Of a stretch of DNA of 64,000 nucleotides, positions 24,578-36,700 are shown piece by piece. The first letter of the stretch is position 1, and every line of letters starts with the position of its first letter. The position numbers were made by a program, and so were the translations under genes. The notes below the pieces were generated by a model that saw only the letters and a list, made by a program, of their open reading frames with translations, had not been told where the DNA came from and made no database searches. The DNA is from Azolla caroliniana (taxonomy: Eukaryota; Plantae; Polypodiophyta): NCBI GenBank assembly GCA_043228905.1, contig JBHGNT010000014.1:15996001-16060000 (forward strand). Reading direction: 5' to 3'.

Positions 24578-27500
24578 TGTTGCGTGACACACATGCCAAA
24601 CGTCGTGATGTGCATGTCACATGTGCGTGGTCAAGCACTGGGCCTCTATCCGCTAGTGGTTATGGAGGAGATGAATTGGTTATTTAGATCTATTGTCGAG
24701 TTGTTCTTTGTTGTTGAAGACGCACCCGAACTAAACTCAGCGGTGTTGTGGATTGATGTGTAAGAGGGGTAATGTGGTGGTGCGCAACGTTTTAGCGGGC
24801 AGTGACAATGATCTTCGCTAGTGCTATTTCCTTCTTGACGAGAATTTCAGAGAACAGTGAATGACCACATGAAATGAAATTGTAGTGGCCGAAATGACAC
24901 ACTAATGTGGTTGTGAAAGAGAGATGGATATTCCAATTACGAGTTTGAACCCTTGACTTCCATGTTGAGAAACAAGACACCTCACCAATAAGATAACTAG
25001 GTTTTTTTGTAATAAGATCTTGATTCAATACATAGCTTGATCCCCCATTTCTTTCTCTTCCTTTGTTTCTTATATAGATGTCCACATGCATATGATGCAT
25101 GTGAGGGTGTAAGACATGCATGCAATTAACAATGGGCCTGGTTTCGGCTCAAACTGAACCGAACAGAAAAACCGTGGCTTAAAGGTTTATAGGTTCAAAG
25201 ATAAATAAACGGTTTGGTTTGGTTTCAAATGTTTACTAATTGGTTTCGGTTCGGTTTTGAATTTATCGGCTTATCGGTTTATCGGCTTATCAATTATTGT
25301 TTATGTGGTTCGGTTTAAAGGTTAAAAAATACTTAAACATATTCCCTATAGGCTCTAACTTTCAACTTTTAATTTTAAACTCTTGTTTTAAATTATTAAA
25401 TTTTATATGTATTATATTGTGGTGTCCCTTGGATGCAAGTGCATGCCTTCATGTTGGGTGTGCATGTGTTCCTTTGTGCCCCTTTTAGCATACCCTTGTT
25501 TAGCATGCATGCCTTCATGCTATGGGTGTTCATGTGTTCCGTTGAGCCACCCTTTTAGCATACCCTTGCAACCCAAATGGGTACCTTTGTACGACTATAA
25601 ATTGAATAGGAAGTAAGAAGCTAAGCAAGCTGGTTTGGATTCCATTTATGTGCATTTCACATAATTGGTGGAGAAGCGGGGTAAAATTTTAGCCACTATC
25701 ACCTCGTTCATGGCATCCCAATTCCCTCCCGTCGTCGTCGAAGTCGATACCCCTATGCAATCTAAGATCCCGCAACCTCCTGAGCGGCCACCCCCCTTCC
25801 AAATGGAGCAACTCCTGCAAGTCCTCTCCAACGCCATGCTTCAAATCAGCCACACGAACCAAGTTATGCTCTCCTTCCTCTCCGCTACCAACGATCGGTC
25901 TCCAGATTGGCCAAATTCCAAGGTTCGCCCAAAGTCCTTCTCTGGCTTGCCCTCAGAGGATGTCTTAGCATGGTTGGATCACTTTGAGATGATCTCAAAT
26001 TACCACAAATGGTCTGACGAGCGCAAGGCTTTGGAAGTTCGCACCTTGCTCGAAAATGTCGCTGCCACTTGGTACGTACAACAAACCAGCGAAGTGATAG
26101 AGCATTGGGTGATCCTCCGGGATCTCCTCGTGCAAAACTTTGCTCATCAAAATTCGGCCCAAATGGCATTGCAACAACTCAAGACGTTGCAACAACAAGT
26201 GCACGAACCAATAGACCAATTTGGTGTTCGCCTAAATCAGCTCCTCATCCGTGCCGATCCAACCATGCCCGAGCATGTCAAGCTTTTCTTTTTTATGGCC
26301 CCGTCTGCACCCTGACATCACTCGTTGTGCCCGGGACCAAGGTCCCACGACCTTCAATGATGCGATCCTCATTGCCCAATGCATCGAAGCTTGTACGTTA
26401 TCTGACTCCCAACCACGATGGCCCCCTCCACCATCGACCGACTTACGAGCGCAATACCAAGGAGTGACCCCCATGGACATTGATGTCCAAAACGTGCAGA
26501 TGCAGACTCGCCGAAACCTTCCTAATCGCGATGCCCAAGGACGCCCGAAGTGTTTCTACTGCCACAATTATGGACACGTCCGACGTTATTGTCGGAAATT
26601 GCAACAACAATCTCACAAGCAGCAAGCCCAGATAACCATGGCTGACGCAGCATCGTTGGTTGAGCTTCCGGGGTGCTGATGGAAGAGCCAACCCCCCACA
26701 TCCAAGCGTCCGCCTCTTCTAGTTCACAGGTATGCACCGCTCTCGCCACCATTAATCCCTCCACACACATCATCCTATTAGACTCTGGCAGTAGTATCTC
26801 TTCAATTAGCACCGCCTTAGTTCACCAATTAGGCCTCCCCACAACCACCGCTCCTTCCATCCAAGTCCTTTTTGGCGATCACCAACATCTATACCACTCT
26901 CACACGCAAGTCCACTGCACCGTTACCTTAGGCACTCTCACATTCTCACACCACTTGTATGTCTTGCCCCACCAACTCTTCCCCCCCACCTTAGGTTACG
27001 ATTGGCTCCTCAAGCGCCGCACTATGATTGATTTCAATGCTCACAAACTGATTGTCCCACAAGCTCCCCCTATCCCCCTCCTACACGATAGCCTCCATGT
27101 CCCCCACCTCAGCCAAGTCCAGGTGGCCCTCAATCCCCAGGAGTGGTTAATCTCCGTCCACCAATTATTAGCTCGTTTTCCGTCACTAGCCCCCCAACCC
27201 ACGCATGTCGCTACTGTCTCTTTCCTGGTACAACATGTCATTCGTACCGGGGATGTTGCTCCCATCTGTATGGCTACACGCCGACGTTCCCCCCTCGACC
27301 ATGATCGCATCAATGCTGCCATCACCGACTACCCCCACCCCACCTCAATAAAAACATTGCAACGTTTTTGGGACATGATCACCTTTTCCCTTCGCTTCAT
27401 CCCGAACCTCGCCTTGGTCACTTTCCCCCTCCGTCATCTCCTGAAGAAAGGTGTGTCATTAGTTTGGGATCCTGCTAACAAAGACAACTTTCGTCACCTC

Positions 27501-28645
27501 AAAACAATGGTCCAGGAATCAAGGTTGCTCGCCCATCCTAACTTTGACCAACCGTTTATGTTGTAGACAGATGCCTCTAACCATGGGTTAGGAGTTGTCC
27601 TCCTGCAAACCGATTGCCACATGCAAGAGAAGGCGGTCTCCTTCATTAGCCGAACTCTCACGCCGGCTGAATGGAACTACTCAACCACTGAGAATGAACT
27701 ACTTGCAATCGTCTAGTCTTTCCAGCGTCTTCACCCATACCTTCATGGCGGGCATGTTACGGTTGAGACTGACCACCAGCCCTTACTTTCTCTTATTCAT
27801 CGACCTCACCCCTCGGGCCGTTTGTTGCAATGGACGTTGGCACTTCAAGATTATCAGTTTACCCTCTCCTATCGAAAAGGTGTAACCAATTTGGTCGTCG
27901 ATAGTCTCTCTCGCGCCAATTTCCAAGCTGTCCAATTTCTACCCGCGACGTCTGACCTTCCACTGCCACTACCACAACTCGCTACACTTCAACAACACGA
28001 CCCCGCCATCCTAGAGATAACCCATCAGTTGCGCTCCCTCCAACCATTTCCCTCACAACGACGGTTCATGCTCCGCGATAACTTGGTGTTCTTCATTCAG
28101 GCCCATCATGAGCCGTGTCTCTACATCCCTCATGCCCTTCAACAAACATATCTCCAATTTTATCCCGACCACCCATTGTTGGGTCATTTGGGTTTCCACA
28201 AGGTTCTTGAAAAATTACATCTCAAGTATTATTGACCCAACATGCGACACTCTGTCTCTACCTACATCAACCAATGTGCTATGTGTCAACACATCAAACC
28301 CGCGAGCAAGCCCGCCGAAATGCTCCAACCCATCACCGTCACATCGCCTTTCGAGCTCGTCGGATGGGATTTCATGGGACCTTTTCCCGAAACCCCCTAT
28401 GGCAACAAGTATATCCTGGTCATAATAGAATACCTCACCAAATGGGCTGAAACTATTGCCATCCCTGACGTCACTGTGCCAACAATCGCATCCCAACTTT
28501 TGCACAAGGTAATTTTCAGCATGGTTGCCCTATCCAACTCTTATCTGATCATGGCCGCCAGTTCCATGGGGATGTCCTCAACGCGGTTGCAACTCAACTA
28601 GGTGTCCAGTAGGTGTTTACATCCTTGTACCATCCGCAAACAAAC

Positions 28646-29024
28646 TGTCATGAAGACAACATTTTGGTTATCAAGAATCGAACCCACAACTTCTTGGTCT
28701 ATGCGTTGAACCCTTAACCATTGTAATAACATATATGTTGTGTGATTATAATAATTATGTTTCTAGTTATTACAAGATATTAGAATATTCTAGAACATTC
28801 TAGATTATTCTAGAACATCCTTTAATATTTCATGATTATATTTCTTATCATAAAATCTAAAATATTCTAGAACATTCTAGATTACTCCATAAGGACCTAT
28901 AAATAACTATCTATACATTCGGTTCAACTCATTCGGTTCAAACTGTCGAGACTCATGGGTAGAAGATAGAGTGAGAGCGAGAGCGAGTGCGAAAGAGAGA
29001 GGGTGTGTGTGTGTGTGTGTGTGC

Positions 29025-29060
<36 letters not shown>

Positions 29061-32000
29061 GAGAGTGAGAGAGATAAGACTTGAAATAGAAATGAGATTA
29101 TATTATGATGAAACAAGATTACAATGAGTAGGCTAAGGGCTAAAGACTGGTGTTGAACCGAATGAGTTGAAACGAATGTATAGACAGTTATTTATAGGTC
29201 CTTATGGAGTAATCTAGAATGTTCTAGAATATATTTTAGATTTTATGATAAGAAATATAATCATGAAATATTAAAGGATGTTCTAGAATAATCTAGAATG
29301 TTCTAGAATATTCTAATATCTTGTAATAACTAGAAACATAATTATTATAATCACACAACATATATGTTATTACAATGGTTAAGGGTTCAACACATAGACC
29401 AAGAAGTTGTGGGTTCACTAGCAAGCTTTCTTCTTTTCCCTAGCCTCTGCCCTCCTAGATTCTAGAGCCAATTCTTGTTTCATGGATCGCGAGTTTGCAT
29501 TGACCCAAAACATCATCTTGAACAAGCTCCCGAACCCAATAGCTGTAGGAGTCATTGATGGTCGCCCTATAGCATCAGGTGATATAGTCGAAGAGTCTGA
29601 ATCAATTCGTGTAGTCCTAGGTAATTTGGCTAGTATCATCTCATTCAACATCATTAGTAGTCCAGAGCACTCTCTAGTTACATAACCCAACTATTGATTG
29701 GAGACAAAGAACTATTGAAGAGGTCATAGTACAGTCCGAGTCTCTTGAAACTCCAACAAAGGATCTAGGATCCCACATGATTTCAACAATCTCATCAGTT
29801 ACAAGAGGATGGAAGGAAGGAAGACATGATGGTGTTTGCGGTTTTAGCAACTCCCTCATCTAGCTCACAAGAATTGGGGGTCCAATTACCAAAGAAGTAC
29901 ATAGAATTCTCCGATGTGTTCGATAAGGTGAAGGCTAATAGATTACCAGAGCATCGACCCTATGATTGCCCAATTGATTTGCAACCAGGAAAAGAGCCTC
30001 CATGGGGGCCAATTTATAACCTTTCGCCCACGGAGTTAGAGGTTCTTCGAGAATATATAGATGAGAACCTGGCAAATGGTTTTATCCAACATTCAAGATC
30101 TCCTGCTAGTGCACCCATCTTTTTCGTTAAGAAGAAAGATGGTACACTTCGTATGGTCATGGATTATCGGGGCTTGAATAAAGTGACTATTAGAAACCGA
30201 TATGCTCTACCATTGATCTCAACCCTTCTAGAACGCCTCAGTGGAGCAAAGTATTTCACGAAGTTAGATCTTCGAGGTGCCTACAACCTTGTTCAAATTC
30301 GTCCTGGGGATGAATGGAAAACCGCATTCCGCACTCGCTATGGTCATTTTGAATATACAGTGATGCCATTTGGTCTCACGAATGCACCAACAGTTTTTCA
30401 ACATATGGCGAATGACATTTTTCGAGACTTCCTCGATATCTTCATCATAGTTTACTTGGATGATATCTTGATCTACTCAAAAACTCAAGAGGAGCATGAG
30501 ATACATGTTTGCAAGGTTTTGCAGCGGTTACGAGAGTATGGTCTCTATGCAAAATTGGAGAAGTGTAGTTTCGACCAGTGTCAAGTGAAATTTTTGGGGT
30601 ACATAGTCTCTTCAAATGGCATCTCTATGGATCCATCAAAGGTCCAAACAATTTTGGATTGGCAAACACCACAGTCTGTGCGAGATGTACAATGTTTTTT
30701 GGGGTTCGCAAACTTTTATCGCAAGTTCATCAAAGATTATTCAAAGATTGTATTGCCCCTCACTCAACTAACGCGCAAGAATCAACCATTTGTATGGGGT
30801 ATAGATGCGAACTCTGCATTTGAGGGTTTAAAGCAAGCGTTTACATCTGCACCAATTTTAATGCATGTCGATCCAATGAGGCGCTTTATACTTGAAGCTG
30901 ATGCATCTGATTTCGCACTTGGAAGCGTACTATCCCAGATTGGTGAAGATGGCGAACTGCACCCTGTGGCTTTTCACTCACGGAAATTTGAAGCTGCAAA
31001 AATCAACTATGAGATTCACAACAAAGAGCTTCTTGCCATTGTGGATTCTTTTCAACAATGGCGTCATTTTTTGGAGGGTTCTTCTCAACAGATTATTGTC
31101 TTCAATGATCACAAAAATCTAACATACTTCCAAAGTGCTCGAGTCTTGAATCGTCGACAAGCTCGTTGGGCACAGTTCTTAACTCGTTTTGATTTTGTAA
31201 TTCTATATCGCCCTGGGATGCAACAAGGAAAAGCAGATGCTTTATCTCGACGTTCGTATATGGAACTTCAACCAGGAGAGGCCACATTTGAAAGTCAAAA
31301 GCAAATCCTCTTAGGTCTTGATTGTTTACGAGTAATGGCAATACATACTATCAACACACCAGGAGATTCGAGGCTTCTTGATTTCATTCAGGAGCAGATT
31401 GCGACAGATGCATTCGCCTTGAGTCATATTATCCCAAATCGTGCTTCCAGCTCTCAATCTAAAAATCCTCGTCTAGACTACACCCAGTTCAATTGGCATG
31501 ATGGTTTGTTTTTTCGACAAACTCTCTTGTATGTGCCTGACGGTCCTTCTCGACTCAAAGTCGTGCAACAATGTCATGACACGCCAATGGCGGGAAATTT
31601 CGGCATCCACAAGACTTTTGAGTTGATTTCTCGCTGATATTGGTGGCCACGGCTTCGCCATTTTGTTACGGATTATGTTCGTAGTTGTGATACATGTTGC
31701 CGATCAAAAAAGCCTCGACATCATCCATATGGCCTATTGCAACCAATGCCTATTCCGGAGAGTCCATGGAAATCTATTTCCTTGGACTTTATTATGGATC
31801 TTCCACCTTCCAAGGGATTTGATTCTATTCTCACGGTAGTCAATCATTTTACGAAGATGACGCATTTCCTTCCATGCACGAAGACCATTACTAGTCAAGA
31901 GACAGCTGATTTACTCATGCGGGAGGTGTTTTGCCATCATGGTCTTCCGGATGATATTATCAGTGATCAGGGTCCCCAATTCATCTCGAAATTTTGGTGG

Positions 32001-33276
32001 CACATGTTCAAACTCTTACATACTTCTTGTAAACTCTCTTCCGGCTACCATCCAGAGACTAATGGGTAGAGTGAGCGCACCAACCAAACAGTCGAACAAT
32101 ATCTATGTTGTTTTGTCAACTATCAACAAGATGATTGGGTGGATTTATTACATTTGGTGGAATTTTCTTACAACAACTCCGAACATTCTTCTACTGGCTA
32201 TTCCCCATTTTTTGCTAACATTGGGTACCATCCTCGTTGGACGATGCTTGAACATCCCGAACTCCCGAAAAACCCAGCTGCTGAAGATCGGCTCACTCGA
32301 CTCCAAGAAATTCAAGATATACTTTTGCATCATTTATGTGATGCCCAAAACACTCAAAAGAAGATTGTTGATCGTCATCGACGTGATTCATCGACTACGT
32401 TTCAAGTAGGAGATCGTGTATGGTTCTTACAAGGTAGCATTAAAACCACTCGACCTTGCTACAAATTGGATTATCGATGTTTCGGCCCATATGTGATCTC
32501 TAGTAAGATCAATGATGTGACATTTCGTCTTGATCTCCCTTCTCATATGCGTCTTCACCCGGTCTTCCATGTTTCACTTTTGGAGCCCTACACAACAAGC
32601 TCTATTCTGGGTCGTCTTACACCTCCCCCACCTCCAATCGAAGTTTCCAATGGCTCTGAATATGAGGTTGTTGCTATTCTCGACTCCAAGATCATCCGCA
32701 ACAAACTATATTATTTGGTTGATTGGTTAGGTTATACACCTAATGATCGAACATGGGAGCCTACCGAGCATCTTGCTAATGCCTCCGACATGGTTGTTGC
32801 ATTTCACGACAAATATCCCCATAAACCAAGTCTGAACTCTTGTCTTCCGACTCGTGGAACTCGTCATTGAAAGGGGAGCATAATGTCATGAAGACAACAT
32901 TTTGGTTATCAAGAATCGAACCCACGACTTCTTGGTCTATGTGTTGAACCCTTAACCATTGTAATAACATATATGTTGTGTGATTATAATAATTATGTTT
33001 CTAGTTATTATAAGATATTAGAATATTCTAGAACATTCTAGATTATTCTAGAACATCCTTTAATATTTCATGATTATATTTCTTATCATAAAATCTAAAA
33101 TATTCTAGAACATTCTAGATTACTCCATAAGGACCTATAAATAATTGTCTATACATTCGTTTCAACTCATTCGGTTCAACACCAGTCTTTAGCCCTTAGC
33201 CTACTCATTGTAATCTTGTTTCATCATAATATAATCTCATTTCTATTTCAAGTCTTATCTCTCTCACTCTCTCTAA

Positions 33277-33311
<35 letters not shown>

Positions 33312-33370
33312 CCTCTCTCTTTCGCTCTCGTTCTCGCTCTCACTCTATCTTCTACCCACGAGTCTCGACA
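28646..33370 (+). mobile_element. Ty3/Gypsy chromovirus B, Tcn1-like, gag-less with rearranged 5' LTR; nest level 5
   Basis: TSD CAAAC at 28641-28645 and 33371-33375. 3' LTR is 32884-33370 (TGTCA...CGACA) after PPT GAAGGGGAG. Pol has LPEHRPYDCPIDL, RT YLDD, RNase H EADASDF, integrase, and chromodomain EYEVVAILDSK..YYLVDWLGY..RTWEP. Confidence 0.93.
29826..32870 (+). pseudogene. pol of element B (RT-RNase H-integrase-chromodomain) with in-frame stops
   Basis: ORFs 29826-31637, 31737-32069 and 32139-32870 lie in one frame, separated by premature stops. Confidence 0.9.
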
Positions 33371-33788
33371 CAAACGGCCTCACCGAATGCCTCAACAAGA
33401 CCCTCAAACAGGAGATTGCCACTTACATCGATCCATGCCACAAAACCTGGGATCAAATCTTGCCTTTCGTCACCCACGCCTACAATACATCCGTTCAGGC
33501 GTCAACATGGATCAACCCTTTCCGAGCACTCTATGGGCGTGACCCTCGGCTCCTACCAAAATCGTCCATTGACATCCATTCCAAACCTACCAACATGGAT
33601 GCTGCCAGTTGGGGGCTCGATCTCCAACAACTGCTACCTCTCCTTAGACAAGCAAGCTCTCGAAACCTACAAGTTGCACAACAACGCCAAAAGCGACACT
33701 ACAACGTGGGTCGAATTACCCCGACTTATGATGATGGAACCAAAGTCCTTGTTTACTTCCCAGTCCGGCGGCGTGGTCTCAACGAATC

Positions 33789-36700
33789 TATTAGAGATTA
33801 GGTACTAAAGTAAGCATAAAATAAGGATATATCAATGATAGATCTAGAAAGAATAGAGAGAAAAGAGAGAAAGAAGGGTGCCGATCCACCCGACCACCCC
33901 TGAGCGAAGGGATCGAGACGGACTCGAGCCTCGATCGGCGTCCCATACCACCGCCTTGGCGTCGAGTCGTACCTGGACGATAGCGCGCTTGCTACAAGAG
34001 TCGTTCCACTCACGGACAGAGTCTCGACGTAGTCAATGCATGCCCCAAATGAGGGTAGCTAGGCCTCTTATTTATAGTAATTCTCAAGGCCCCCAGCCAT
34101 GTTCACACTTGGCCTCATGGGTTGTCTCAATCCCGAGGATTAAAAGTAATCCTCCCCTTCTTTAGACTCTTTGTTTAACCCTCACACTTATCCACGTGTA
34201 TAGAATACTACAACAATTCTCACCACGGGATATTATATGGTCATGCCCGTAACATACTCCCCCTCTTTAAAACATTGCACTCTTGCAATGGAAAGTTAGG
34301 GAAGTTAGTTCTTAGAGTCATTTCGCGTTCCCATGTGGCATCTTTGATTGATTTATCCATCCATTTTATTTTAAATTCTCGGATTTCCTTAGCACGTAAT
34401 TTTTTTGTTTTAACATCGAGAATTCTTTCTGGTACATGTGGTTTAGAAGATAAATCTTCAGAAGTAACCAGAGTTTCAGTTGTAACTGTATTGTCGCCAG
34501 AACCTAGGAGTTCTTTTAGACGACTTACATGAAAGACTAGATGGATTCCAACACCATCGGGAAGAGCGAGACGATAGGCTGATGATCCAATGCGTTTGAG
34601 GACTGTAAAAGGTCCACAAAACCGTGGGGCTAACTTAGCGCACTTACCCGTAGACAATGTCTTAGAATTGTGAGGTACACGTAAAAATACCTTCTGTCCA
34701 GGGCTGAATACACGAGGTTGCCTGTGATGATCGGCATAAAAACGCGCTCTATCTTGAGCTGTTTTTATATTATCCCGTGCAATATGCAACATATCTTGCA
34801 TATCCCGAAGAAAGTTTTGCGTACTTCGCAACTCATCATGATGTATATTAACATCAATCGGGGCTCGTGGCTGAAATCCATACATCAACATAAAAGGACT
34901 ATATCCCGTCGACGTATGCTTGGAGCTGTTATAAGCAAACTCCAAAATTGGGAGGTAACGTTCCCATTTTGTTGGTTTTGCACCAACGTATGCTCGAAGC
35001 ATGTCCTCAATAATTTGATTTACTCGTTCTGTCTGTCCATCGGATTGAGGATGATCCGTGGAGCTCATGCTCAACGTAGTTTCTAACTTCTTAAAGACTT
35101 GCGTCCAGAAGTCACTAGTAAACTTCGGATCTCGGTCACTCACGATATCCATCGGTAACCCGTAAAAACGAAATAACTCATCAACGAATTGGTAAGCCAA
35201 CTCAGGAGCTGTTACCGTGGTTTTAGTAGCAATAAATCTGGCCATTTTAGTTAGTCTGTCAACCACAACCCATATGGCATCATGACCTTTTTGGGTGCGA
35301 GGAAGGCTAACAATAAAATCCATGGATATACTTTCCCACTTATTATTGGGAATGTCCAAGGGATGTAAAAGTCCTGCGGCTTTAAGTCGCTCGGCTTTGT
35401 TAACCTGACATTGGTGACATTTAGTCACATAGCTATGTATGTCAGGACGCATCTTAGGCCAATAAAATTGAGTGGAGATGAGAACGAGTGTACGATGTAT
35501 TCCAGGGTGCCCTGCTGAGGGTGCATCATGACATTCAAAAAGAATTCTCTTTTTGACCTCAGGTAAATCTGGAACACAAACCTTCCCATTACGGTAGAGC
35601 AGACCGTTAGCAATGTGGAAGTATTCCTTCGAGGGTGTGGTGGTGTCTGTTCCAGACTCGACTCTTGCCCAGTATTTTGCAAAATAATTGTCATCAGGAT
35701 ACTTTCCTCGAAGGTGATCATAAAGATCTGATGTTATTTCAGTGAAGCTAAGCATGTTAACTTCACGGATGCGACTTAGTGCATCAGCGACAGTATTCAT
35801 GGAACCTTTACGATATTGTATGGAAAAATCAAAGTCCTGGATGAGATCAGCCCATCGTGCCTTACGACCTTTCATGTCTTGTTGGTCACAAAAATATTTC
35901 AAGGACTCGTGGTCCGTAGTTACCACAAAGCGATTTCCATAAAGATAATGGCGCCATGTTTTGAGCGCATGTATAACCGCAAATAATTCCTTTTCTTGAA
36001 CGGTATACCGACATTGAGCAGAATCAAGTTTCTTACTCTCGAATGCTATTGGTTTACCATCTTGATACAAGATAGCACCTATAGCATAATCGCTTGCGTC
36101 GGTTTCAACCTCAAAAGGTTTTGAAGGATCGGGTAAAAGAAGTGAAGGAGCCTTGCATACCAAGTCCTTGAGTTCCTTAAAGGCGAGGTCTAGTGTAGCA
36201 TTCCACACAATAGGTTTTGTAGACTTACGCGTTTGACCTTTTAGAAGATCAGTAAACGGCGTCGTCAATTGTGAGTAATTACGAAGAGATTTTCGCAAAA
36301 ATCCGACAAAACCAAGGAATGATCGAACTTCTCGAATATTCCGAAGAGTGGGCCAAAGCTTGATTTTCTCGATGCGAGAAGGATCAATTTCAACTCCTCG
36401 TTCGGTTATGAGATGTCCAAGATAAGTAATTGATTTCTTGAAGAACTCACATTTTGAGATCTTCGCGTAAAATTGTTTGTCACGCAATATTTGTAAAACA
36501 AAGCGGACATGTCTAGCATGTTCTTGTAATGTACGGCTATAAACTAAAATATCATCTAAGAAGATAACGACAAATTTTCCAAGTTGTTCTCGGAAAATGT
36601 CATTCATTTCTTGTTGAAATGTAGCCGGAGCATTGGTCAAACCAAAAGGCATAACCAAAAACTCATGATGGCCGTAGCGCGTACGAAATGTTGTTTTAGG

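Noticed and set aside
28939-28943. CAAAC before the inverted LTR read as the TSD of a separate insertion
   Set aside because: No matching CAAAC at the other end (29417) and the inverted LTR is truncated; a fold-back at the PBS explains it better.
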